Positions 1-8,235 of a stretch of DNA of 32,000 nt are shown piece after piece. Under the pieces are notes generated by a model. It did not search any database. It was not told the DNA's origin and worked only from the letters and a program-made list of their open reading frames with translations. A program made the position numbers and the translations under genes. Position 1 is the first letter of the stretch. Each line of letters starts with the position of its first letter. Origin of the DNA: Promethearchaeum syntrophicum (GTDB taxonomy: Archaea > Asgardarchaeota > Lokiarchaeia > Sigyniarchaeales > Promethearchaeaceae). Location: assembly GCF_008000775.2 (NCBI RefSeq), contig NZ_CP042905.2:420001-452000 (forward strand), read 5' to 3'.

Positions 1-1
1 A

Positions 2-1531
2 ACAACCCCTATTAATAGTAATTTACTGCCAATTAAAAAAGGATGTCCCTACGATTGTGGATTATGCACCCATCATCAATCTGCTGCCAACCTCATGATT
101 ATCGACATCACAAACCGATGTAATTTAAATTGCCCCATTTGTTTTGCGAATGCTAATCGACAAGGACAAATAGTGGAATATACCTATGAAGAAGTGGTTC
201 AAATTATGAAGCATTTCATAAAACAACGCCCTTATCATGCAGCTATTGCTCAATTTTCGGGTGGGGAACCGACACTTCATCCTCGGATTATTGATATATT
301 GAAAGCAGCAAAAGATTTGGGATTTCCACATCGTATGCTTAATACTAACGGAATAAGAATGGCCAAAAGTCTCGATTTTTGCCGACAATTAAAAGAAGCA
401 GATTGTGGAGCGATCTACCTTTCATATGATGGGGAGAATCCAGAAACATATAAAAAAATCCGTGGAATGGATTTATCAAAGTTAAAAAAGAAAGTAATCG
501 AAAATTGTAGAGAAGTAGGACTTGACGGTATAATGCTCGTGTGCACGGTTGCCAAAGGAGTAAATGACAACGAAATTAAGCACATTCTAGAATTTGCACG
601 AGACAATAATGATATTATTGCTGGTATTGTTTTTCAACCAGTTTCACTCTGCGGGCGCATTACCTTAGAGGATTTAATGAACCTTAGATATACAAGTAGT
701 GATTTAACTATTGAGATAAGAAAAGTTACAAATGGAATTGTAGATAAATTTTATCCTCTTGCTGCTTCAAGTAAATTAACTCAATTACTTACATGGTTTT
801 CCGATCTTCCTGGATGGGCTATATCTGCTCATAATGACTGTGGGTTTGCCACTTTAGTTCCAATTGGAAAAGATAACGAATGGCAAAATCTAGAAGATTA
901 TGTTGATGTTGAAGAATTAATAAAATTTACAAATTCTGTTTGGGATATGATTCAAAAACGAGATATTCCTCAACCCTCAAAATTCTTCTCAAGCTTACGA
1001 GGAACGGTAGAAAAATTAGGATTCGCGAAAGCTTTTGATGTTTTAAATGAATTTAATGATAAAATATCAGATCTTGCATATAGAAATGCAATGAAAGCAT
1101 ATTATATTGCAGGAGCTGCTAAATATGTTAAAAACTTTGAACTAAAAAAGCTTGTTGAAGATCCCATTTATAAAAGTGTTACTAAATTATTATTAAATCC
1201 TAAATTAGAAAACTCAAAGAATGTTCTTCAAAACAAATTAATGTTCGTTGGTTCAATGCATTTTCAAGATGCATATGATTTAGATATCGCAAGATTGCAA
1301 AAATGTGTGGTGCATTACGGGGTTATTGATCCTGATGATCCAGAACATAAACGAGTTCTACAAATACCATTTTGCACTTTCAATACGATTCATCGGGAAG
1401 GAATTGAAAAAAAATGGGCTGAAACACACGCGAAACCTTTAGAAAAAACTCCAGACCAACATGCAAAAGATATTCGACTCCTAACTGAAAGTATATCTTT
1501 AAAGAAAAACAGCGATAGTATTGTTGAATAA
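2..1531 (+). CDS. Radical SAM protein of the tetraether lipid synthase (Tes/MJ0619-like) type, 5' end truncated by the window edge
   Basis: The track ORF starts at 95, but the frame is open to the window edge. It reads ...PIKKGCPYDCGLCTHHQSAANLMIIDITNRCNLNCPICFANA, giving the N-terminal CxxxCxxC-like cysteines plus the CxxxCxxC radical SAM motif, FSGGEPTLHP, and the C-terminal MHFQDAYDLDIARLQKCVVHYG...IPFCTFNTIHR signature. This is by motif recognition only. Confidence 0.85.
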   Translation, partial: TTPINSNLLPIKKGCPYDCGLCTHHQSAANLMIIDITNRCNLNCPICFANANRQGQIVEYTYEEVVQIMKHFIKQRPYHAAIAQFSGGEPTLHPRIIDILKAAKDLGFPHRMLNTNGIRMAKSLDFCRQLKEADCGAIYLSYDGENPETYKKIRGMDLSKLKKKVIENCREVGLDGIMLVCTVAKGVNDNEIKHILEFARDNNDIIAGIVFQPVSLCGRITLEDLMNLRYTSSDLTIEIRKVTNGIVDKFYPLAASSKLTQLLTWFSDLPGWAISAHNDCGFATLVPIGKDNEWQNLEDYVDVEELIKFTNSVWDMIQKRDIPQPSKFFSSLRGTVEKLGFAKAFDVLNEFNDKISDLAYRNAMKAYYIAGAAKYVKNFELKKLVEDPIYKSVTKLLLNPKLENSKNVLQNKLMFVGSMHFQDAYDLDIARLQKCVVHYGVIDPDDPEHKRVLQIPFCTFNTIHREGIEKKWAETHAKPLEKTPDQHAKDIRLLTESISLKKNSDSIVE

Positions 1532-1941
1532 TAATTCGTTATGAAATCAGACGGCATCTTGTGACCCTTTCTCACCGCATCTACTCGATTGATGCTGTCA
1601 CTAACTTATAGTGACCTTTTTTCATTTCTTCTCCGATATTTTCAGACATAATCCGATTTACTAATTAATAATGACATCCCCACGGTAAGTTGCACTACAT
1701 CACTATATACTGACTTCAAACTATAACATAGTAAAAAATTTCGACTCAATCCGTGAGTAAACGGACAATAAAAGAAATAAGACGCCACCACTGACCACCG
1801 AGGGAGGAGGGGAGCTAAATCGAGTGGACATGTTCACTCATATTGCCCTTGTTATTATAGATTGGAGGTATAAAGGAGGATTAGTGGTTTATTTTTGTGG
1901 TTATACCGTTTGAGGTGAATCCCTAAGGAATTAAGGGTCAC

Positions 1942-1966
1942 CAGTCCCGTAGGAGGGAGGAATTAT
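1942..1966 (+). repeat. Left copy of a 25-bp direct repeat flanking the BspA-like gene (cagtcccgtaggagggaggaattat)
   Basis: Matches 4705-4729 (cagtctcgtaggagggaggaattat) with one mismatch. Confidence 0.85.
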
Positions 1967-2045
1967 GATATTTTTATTTTCAGTACAAACATTTTTATAG
2001 TTTTTAAAAATAATCATTCATAATATCGCTACAGAAGTGTAAAGT

Positions 2046-4583
2046 ATGGTTAATAAAAAAAAAGCTCTGAGTTTTTTTATTGGAATGATTATCGTCATGG
2101 GTTCTGTCCTAATAATTTTCATAGTTTTTTCTCCAACGGATACAACGGCTCCCACGTTAGAAATAATCAGTCCTACTACTGGAATATACCTTGAAAATAC
2201 CCTGTTGTTGGAAGTTGATGCCTTGGATAATGAAGAGGTCGATTCTATTTGGTACAATTGGGAGGGGATCAATGTGACCTATACCAACCCAATTGAGATT
2301 CTATTCCCTGAAGAAGAAACTACCATCTACGCCTGGACAAATGACACAGCAGGAAATATTGGATTCGCCTCAGTCACATTCACAGTTGATACTACTGCTC
2401 CCATTGTAGAAATAATCAGCCCTATAGCTGGGGTGTGCCTAGATGCTGGTCAGCTACTGGAGATCGAAGCCTCAGATACTTGCGAGGTGGATACGATCTG
2501 GTACAACTGGGAGGGAGTCAATGTGACCTATACCAGCCCAATCGAGATCGTGTTCCCTATAGGAACTACCATTATCCATGCATGGGCAAACGACACTGCA
2601 GGTTATACCGGATTCCATTCTGTCACTTTAAACATCATCCATTCTAGCGAGATTTTTGTGTCAAATTGGAGTACAACAATGATTAGCACGGGTTCGAGTG
2701 GTGCTAATCAAGTTAGACTACCGATGGAGGTTAGCGGAACCTATTCATTTATTGTTGATTGGGGGGATGGACTAAGTGACACTATCGACACTTGGAACCA
2801 ACCAGAGGTGACACATACGTACATCTCAGCAGGAAACTACACAATTCAAATAGGTGGAACAGTAGTTGGTTGGGGATTCAACAATGGTGGAGATCGACTG
2901 AAGCTGCTTGAAATAAGTCAGTGGGGGCAATTGCAAATAGGTAAATCAGGAGGAAATTTCTATGGCTGTAGCAACTTAAACCTAACAGCTACTGATAGTT
3001 TGAACCTGAATGGTACAACATCGCTTGCTCATTTCTTCCACGGTTGCAGTAAACTTCGCACATCAGGAAACTTGAATGGTTGGGATGTGTCCAGTGTGAC
3101 GAACATGAGCTCTATGTTTGAAGGTGCCTCAATTTTCAATCAGGACATCGGAGGTTGGAATGTGTCCGGTGTGACGGACATGAGCTCTATGTTTGATAGT
3201 GCTTCAATTTTCAATCAGGACATTGGAGGTTGGAATGTGTCCGGTGTGATTGACATGAGTTCTATGTTTGATGGTGCCTCAGTTTTCAATCAGGACATCG
3301 GAGGTTGGAATGTGTCCGGTGTGACGGACATGAGCTCTATGTTTGAGGGTGCTTCAAGTTTCAATCAGGACATCGGAGGCTGGAATGTGTCTGGTGTGAC
3401 GGACATGAGCTCTATGTTTGATGGTGCTTCAGTTTTCAATCAGAACATCGGAGGTTGGAATGTCTCCAGTGTGACGGACATGAGCTCTATGTTTGAGGGT
3501 GCTTCAAGTTTCAATCAGGACATCGGAGGCTGGAATGTGTCTGGTGTGACGGACATGAGCTCTATGTTTGATGGTGCTTCAGTTTTCAATCAGAACATCG
3601 GAGGTTGGAATGTCTCCAGTGTGACGGACATGAGTGGCATGTTTTCTTTTGCTTCAACCTTCAATTATTGGATCGTTTCCTGGGATGTGTCCGGTGTGAC
3701 AGACATGAGCTCCATGTTTCTGAATGCTTTATCCTTCACTGGGTTCGGCATGTTACAATGGAATGTGTCCAGCGTAACAAACATGAGCTCTATGTTTCAT
3801 GGTGCTTCAGTTTTCAATCAGAACATCGGAGGCTGGAATGTCTCCAGCGTAACAAACATGAGCTCTATGTTTCATGGTGCTTCAGTTTTCAATCAGAACA
3901 TCGGAGGCTGGAATGTCTCCAGTGTGACGGACATGAGTGGCATGTTTTATCATGCTGAGGATTTCAATCAAAATATTGGTACCTGGAATATATCCCGTGT
4001 GACAGACATGAGCTACATATTTTATCATGCTGAGCATTTCAATCAAAACTTAGGTACCTGGAATGTATCTAGTGTGACAGACATGAGCTACATGTTTTAT
4101 CATGCTGAGCATTTCAATCAAAACATTGGTACCTGGAATGTGTCGAGTGTGAGAAATATGTGTGCCATGTTTCGATGGGCTGTACTTTTTAATCAAGACC
4201 TTGGTGCCTGGGATGTCTCCAAGGTAACAAACATGAGCTTCATGTTTCGGGAGGCTTTGGACTTCAATCAGGACATTGGTACTTGGAATGTGTCCAGTGT
4301 GACAGACATGAGCCAGATGTTCTTTAATGCTTTTGATTTCAATCAAGACCTTGGTACTTGGAATGTGTCCAGTGTGACAGACATGAGCCAGATGTTCTTT
4401 GGCGTCACGTTGTCAACAATAAACTACGATAGCCTCTTACTCGGATGGTCCCAATTGACTCTACAGAATGCTGTCAATTTCGACGGCGGACATTCGACAT
4501 ACAGTGTAGGTGCAGCATCTGATGCGAGGCAGTATCTCATCGACACTTTTAACTGGATTATTAAAGACGGGGGGCAAGCCTAA
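2046..4583 (+). CDS. BspA-family/DUF285 repeat surface protein with N-terminal membrane anchor and two Ig-like/HYR-like modules
   Basis: N-terminal hydrophobic helix FFIGMIIVMGSVLIIFIVF; two modules DTTAP.(L/V)EIISP...WYNWEG(I/V)NVTYT..IEI.FP...AW.NDTAG; then about 18 consecutive 25-aa repeats WNVSSVTDMSSMFxGAxxFNQDIGG. Confidence 0.93.
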   Translation: MVNKKKALSFFIGMIIVMGSVLIIFIVFSPTDTTAPTLEIISPTTGIYLENTLLLEVDALDNEEVDSIWYNWEGINVTYTNPIEILFPEEETTIYAWTNDTAGNIGFASVTFTVDTTAPIVEIISPIAGVCLDAGQLLEIEASDTCEVDTIWYNWEGVNVTYTSPIEIVFPIGTTIIHAWANDTAGYTGFHSVTLNIIHSSEIFVSNWSTTMISTGSSGANQVRLPMEVSGTYSFIVDWGDGLSDTIDTWNQPEVTHTYISAGNYTIQIGGTVVGWGFNNGGDRLKLLEISQWGQLQIGKSGGNFYGCSNLNLTATDSLNLNGTTSLAHFFHGCSKLRTSGNLNGWDVSSVTNMSSMFEGASIFNQDIGGWNVSGVTDMSSMFDSASIFNQDIGGWNVSGVIDMSSMFDGASVFNQDIGGWNVSGVTDMSSMFEGASSFNQDIGGWNVSGVTDMSSMFDGASVFNQNIGGWNVSSVTDMSSMFEGASSFNQDIGGWNVSGVTDMSSMFDGASVFNQNIGGWNVSSVTDMSGMFSFASTFNYWIVSWDVSGVTDMSSMFLNALSFTGFGMLQWNVSSVTNMSSMFHGASVFNQNIGGWNVSSVTNMSSMFHGASVFNQNIGGWNVSSVTDMSGMFYHAEDFNQNIGTWNISRVTDMSYIFYHAEHFNQNLGTWNVSSVTDMSYMFYHAEHFNQNIGTWNVSSVRNMCAMFRWAVLFNQDLGAWDVSKVTNMSFMFREALDFNQDIGTWNVSSVTDMSQMFFNAFDFNQDLGTWNVSSVTDMSQMFFGVTLSTINYDSLLLGWSQLTLQNAVNFDGGHSTYSVGAASDARQYLIDTFNWIIKDGGQA
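2139..2640 (+). repeat. Two tandem Ig-like/HYR-like modules (~78 aa each) within the surface protein
   Basis: Internal protein repeat: DTTAPTLEIISPTTGIYL...NDTAGNIGFASVTFTV / DTTAPIVEIISPIAGVCL...NDTAGYTGFHSVTLNI. Confidence 0.8.
3084..4402 (+). repeat. Tandem 75-bp (25-aa) DUF285 repeat array
   Basis: About 18 units readable in the translation. 3321-3470 and 3471-3620 are identical over 150 bp; 3771-3845 is repeated at 3846-3920 (period 75). Confidence 0.93.
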
Positions 4584-4704
4584 CATTACTATACCTATGT
4601 AAACAAGGAAAACATCGAGTTAATCGTATAATCCTAGTTTAAGTGAATCTCCTTGTGAGGTTCCTCGTTAATCTATTTTTTTTACTATTTTAATAAACTC
4701 ACTT

Positions 4705-4729
4705 CAGTCTCGTAGGAGGGAGGAATTAT
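4705..4729 (+). repeat. Right copy of the 25-bp direct repeat flanking the BspA-like gene
   Basis: cagtctcgtaggagggaggaattat, 24/25 identical to 1942-1966. Confidence 0.85.
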
Positions 4730-4757
4730 ATCTCTTTGTTTTTTTCTTAGTTTCTTA

Positions 4758-5894
4758 TTATGATAATGATTTTATTATGAAATCGCGATATGGATCCAAT
4801 ATTTGGGAAAGAGCTATTGTTTCAAATAAATCAGCGTTGTCTTTCAAATTTAACTCCAAAATCTGAACTGTATAGTCGTAAAATCGCATTTTTTTAATTA
4901 TTTCTTTCACATTTTTTGGCAAACCGCTCATGATTAAGAAAATCGGGTCTTCGATTTGAAGATCTGCAAATTCTTGAAACATTTGAAGTAAAAAAACATC
5001 AAAAGTTAACCTATGAAGGTCAGCAGAGCTATAATATTCTTGTTTAAGTTCTTCTTTAATGAAATCGATAGCTTTTATCAAATCTTTGATTGATTTATCT
5101 GCTTGATTACGCACTTTTTCATCTTCTCCTATATAGTGGTAACACATCATTTTCAATAAATTATATTCAGAAACGATATGAATCAATCTAGCCAAAACGT
5201 TTCTTTTCAAATTTCTAAAAACGCCTTCTTCCTCAGGAGTAGATTCTAACTCGATTTCCAACCTTCTGAAAAATTTTGCAATCTCGCGAATGGTTTCTAT
5301 TGCATCCGAAAATTGTTTATTATCAATTTGCTCTTTTAATTGTTTTAGATATATACGATAATCAAAAATACTTGAATCAAAAATTCTAATTGCATCAAGT
5401 ATTAACTTTTCAGCGCGTTTGGTTCTTGAAATTTTCTCAAAACATTCAGCAGCTCTTAAATAAAACATTCCAATTAATTTACGGAATTCATCTTGATCCA
5501 CTTTGGAATAAAGATCTGCAACTTCAATAAATAAATTCCCCGCATCTAAATAATTAGAACTTTTATATTCAAGATTGGCATGTGCGAGCTTTAAATTTGC
5601 CAGCTCTTCAAGAAGGTCTAATTTTTCAATTTCATTTATGGTTCGGCGTAATTTTTCCATGATTGGAAGCATTTCTGATTCTTTCTTTACTAACGAAACA
5701 ATATTATTAAAAACATCTGCAATTTTCATATATGCTCCAGAATTTAAGTAGATCCCAATTGATTTTTGATAAAGACTAATCGCTCCTCTGATGTTATTTT
5801 GTTTTCTAAGCTTAGTTGCACTCTCTACTAATTCATTAGCACGAATTAGTTCAACATCGTATTCATCATTATCGTAATCAAAATTTGACATCAA
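4758..5894 (-). CDS. TPR-like helical repeat protein resembling alpha/gamma-SNAP
   Basis: Repeated helical hairpins such as AISLYQKSIGIYLNSGAYMKIADVF, YLDAGNLFIEVADLYSKVDQDEFRKLIGMFYLRAAECFEK. Assignment by pattern only. Confidence 0.6.
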   Translation of the reverse strand: MMSNFDYDNDEYDVELIRANELVESATKLRKQNNIRGAISLYQKSIGIYLNSGAYMKIADVFNNIVSLVKKESEMLPIMEKLRRTINEIEKLDLLEELANLKLAHANLEYKSSNYLDAGNLFIEVADLYSKVDQDEFRKLIGMFYLRAAECFEKISRTKRAEKLILDAIRIFDSSIFDYRIYLKQLKEQIDNKQFSDAIETIREIAKFFRRLEIELESTPEEEGVFRNLKRNVLARLIHIVSEYNLLKMMCYHYIGEDEKVRNQADKSIKDLIKAIDFIKEELKQEYYSSADLHRLTFDVFLLQMFQEFADLQIEDPIFLIMSGLPKNVKEIIKKMRFYDYTVQILELNLKDNADLFETIALSQILDPYRDFIIKSLS

Positions 5895-6081
5895 AATTCC
5901 CCGCAGTACAAGGAAAATATTCCTCTACATCTTAGTAATATTTTGAGTATTTTGAATTTTTACTAAAACTATAATTCTTAAACTCAAAATTTTTTAAATT
6001 TGATTAATATTTCTAATTAAAGTAAAAGAATTTTAAAACCAATATAATCTAAAATTTGATTACAAGAGTGGATCACTAAAA

Positions 6082-6795
6082 ATGATGGATAGAAGAGGCG
6101 ATGACGCCGGATATGACAGATCTTTAACAATGTTTTCCCCAGAAGGACGATTATATCAAGTCGAATATGCTCTTGAAGCTGTTAGGAGAGGAACATTATG
6201 CATTGGTTTAAAGTCAAAAGCTGGAGCAGCGATTATTACTAGAAAACGATTTACAAAATTAATGGACACATCTACGATTCAGAAGATTTTTAGAATGGAT
6301 GAGCATATTGGGTGTGCTATAGCTGGCCTTCACGCGGATTCCAGAATTTTGGTGGATTATGCACGTGTTCAGTGTCAAGTTCATAGACTTACTTATAACG
6401 AACCAGTCAGAGTTCCAACAATCACAAGAAAACTAGCAGATATAAAACAACAATACACTCAACATGGCGGGGTTCGTCCTTTTGGATCTGCGTTACTAAT
6501 TATTGGTGTTGATCCTGATGGAACTCCAAGAGTTATGACTACAAGTCCAAGCGGTACTTTCTCTGGTTGGAAAGGAACCACAATGGGGGCTAATAGTGAA
6601 GATGCGCGAACCAAGTTAAATGAAGAACTTAACGACGAAATGAGCATTGATGATATTATTAAGCTTGGAATAAAAATCTTAAAAGACTCAACAGATGAAG
6701 ATTTTGAGGATACTTCTCTTCAAATAGCAGTTGTTACATCTGAAGAAAAATTATTCAAAGTTCTTTCTCAAGAAGAAGTTAAAAAATATCTATAA
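6082..6795 (+). CDS. psmA: 20S proteasome alpha subunit
   Basis: N-terminal YDRSLTMFSPEGRLYQVEYALEAVRRGT proteasome A-type signature; full-length 237 aa. Confidence 0.97.
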   Translation: MMDRRGDDAGYDRSLTMFSPEGRLYQVEYALEAVRRGTLCIGLKSKAGAAIITRKRFTKLMDTSTIQKIFRMDEHIGCAIAGLHADSRILVDYARVQCQVHRLTYNEPVRVPTITRKLADIKQQYTQHGGVRPFGSALLIIGVDPDGTPRVMTTSPSGTFSGWKGTTMGANSEDARTKLNEELNDEMSIDDIIKLGIKILKDSTDEDFEDTSLQIAVVTSEEKLFKVLSQEEVKKYL

Positions 6796-6820
6796 TTTTT
6801 TATGCAAAATTTTTTTTCGA

Positions 6821-8050
6821 TCATTCCTCAAACAATATTTTTACTAATTTATTTCCGCATAATTTACAAATATGATTTGGTAATTGTTCAAAATGATTCA
6901 TATGATAAATTGCTTTACAAGAGGGATTACTACACTTAATTACTGTCTCATCCTCTTCAAAAATCCCGTTACATACAGGACAAGCTGAATATAAAGCAAT
7001 ATCTCCCAATTTTTTTGCAATTATTGGTTTTACACTAAAGGTTTGAACTTCTTTTTGCTTAACTCCTCTTTTTTTCGATTCTGAATGCATTCTAACTGCA
7101 GTTTGAATCGATGCGGGAAGTTTTAACAAATATAAGCAATGAACACACCTGAAAACTGTTCCATCACCAGTTTTATCCTGACTCTTTGCCCACATACTTG
7201 CACAAGATAAATGCATTGGTTGTGCACAATTAGGACAATAGCGACCAGATATCCGAAAACCTGTTTTTGAGATGGGATCGTCAGATTGGAAACATATAGA
7301 ACATTTATTATACTCTTTGGTCCCGCGCAAGCGAGCTAGAACCTCTTTTTGATCATTTGATCCTTTGTTCATTTCTCCTTCAGTTAAAAGAGGTTTAGCA
7401 ATTTTCTTCAACACTGCGTTGGAAATTTCTATTTTTCCCTTTTGATAAGACGATCCAGGGGCTTCAAAATTAGATTGAGCAAGATCTGTTGAGGCTGATA
7501 AAATTCCCTGAACATTATTTGAGTAGTAATATTTACCTTCTGTATTTTCTGATAGTCTTTTCATAATGTTAAAATGTTCTACATCTCCAACACGGATTGT
7601 ATCTATATGCATAGTTAACTGTTGAGCCAATTTTGCCATCTTCATTGGATCAATTTGAGTGTTTTTATATTTTCCATCAGAGAATAGAAGAATACGTGGC
7701 ACACGCGCACCATTTGTTCTAATATCTTCAATTAATACCTTAATTGCCATCCCTAAGGCTTCTCCTAAAAAATTGACCCCTCCACATTTAATTTTATTAA
7801 GAACTTCTAAAAATTCATCAAATTTAGCACCGTCAAATATATCAAAAATCATTTTAGGATCATTTTTAATTAGAATAAACGAAAATGTTGTCGTTCCACC
7901 CATTGCGGCTTCATTTTCAACTCTAGAACTAACAAAATTCAAAATTCCCTGTTTACAAGCTTCTAAGCGATTTGGGCTGTAATCTGAGCGATGCATTGAA
8001 CGGGAAGCATCTAAAATAATCACTACAGATTCGCTTATCATGTCTGGCAT
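6821..8050 (-). CDS. von Willebrand factor A domain protein with C-terminal RING-like zinc finger and second treble-clef/zinc-ribbon-like segment
   Basis: MIDAS-type VVIILDASRSMHRSDYSPNRLEAC; CSICFQSDD...GRYCPNCAQPMHLSCASMWAK...FRCVHC; second block CPVCNGIFEEDETVIKCSNPSCKAIYHMNHF...HICKLCGNK. Confidence 0.85.
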   Translation of the reverse strand: MPDMISESVVIILDASRSMHRSDYSPNRLEACKQGILNFVSSRVENEAAMGGTTTFSFILIKNDPKMIFDIFDGAKFDEFLEVLNKIKCGGVNFLGEALGMAIKVLIEDIRTNGARVPRILLFSDGKYKNTQIDPMKMAKLAQQLTMHIDTIRVGDVEHFNIMKRLSENTEGKYYYSNNVQGILSASTDLAQSNFEAPGSSYQKGKIEISNAVLKKIAKPLLTEGEMNKGSNDQKEVLARLRGTKEYNKCSICFQSDDPISKTGFRISGRYCPNCAQPMHLSCASMWAKSQDKTGDGTVFRCVHCLYLLKLPASIQTAVRMHSESKKRGVKQKEVQTFSVKPIIAKKLGDIALYSACPVCNGIFEEDETVIKCSNPSCKAIYHMNHFEQLPNHICKLCGNKLVKILFEE

Positions 8051-8235
8051 TTCTACTCAATCTTCAATTTAGTTTTAAAATTTTTTTTTACATTATATTA
8101 TTGGTTTTAAAACCCTAAAGATTTATTTAGAAAAAAAAGGAAAAAAAATTTCTAGAGTCCAAAAAAATTTCCCAAAAAAAAGATAAAAATGAAAAAATTT
8201 TCATAAGATTGAAACTTTTTTTATAATGAGTTCAA

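Noticed and set aside
125-606. Minus-strand ORFs 125..388 and 415..606
   Set aside because: Antisense shadows of the radical SAM gene with no recognisable protein motifs.
1390-1575. Minus-strand ORF of 61 aa
   Set aside because: Overlaps the 3' end of the radical SAM CDS antisense; no support.
2018-2647. ORFs 2018..2272 (-) and 2435..2647 (+)
   Set aside because: Lie inside the surface-protein CDS in other frames; no independent evidence.
3605-4346. ORFs 3605..3958 (+) and 4050..4346 (-), apparently repetitive proteins
   Set aside because: Alternative-frame readings of the 75-bp DUF285 repeats; the repetitiveness comes from the real CDS.
3084-4402. Possible CRISPR-like regular array
   Set aside because: 75-bp period with no unique spacers, fully coding in one frame as protein repeats.
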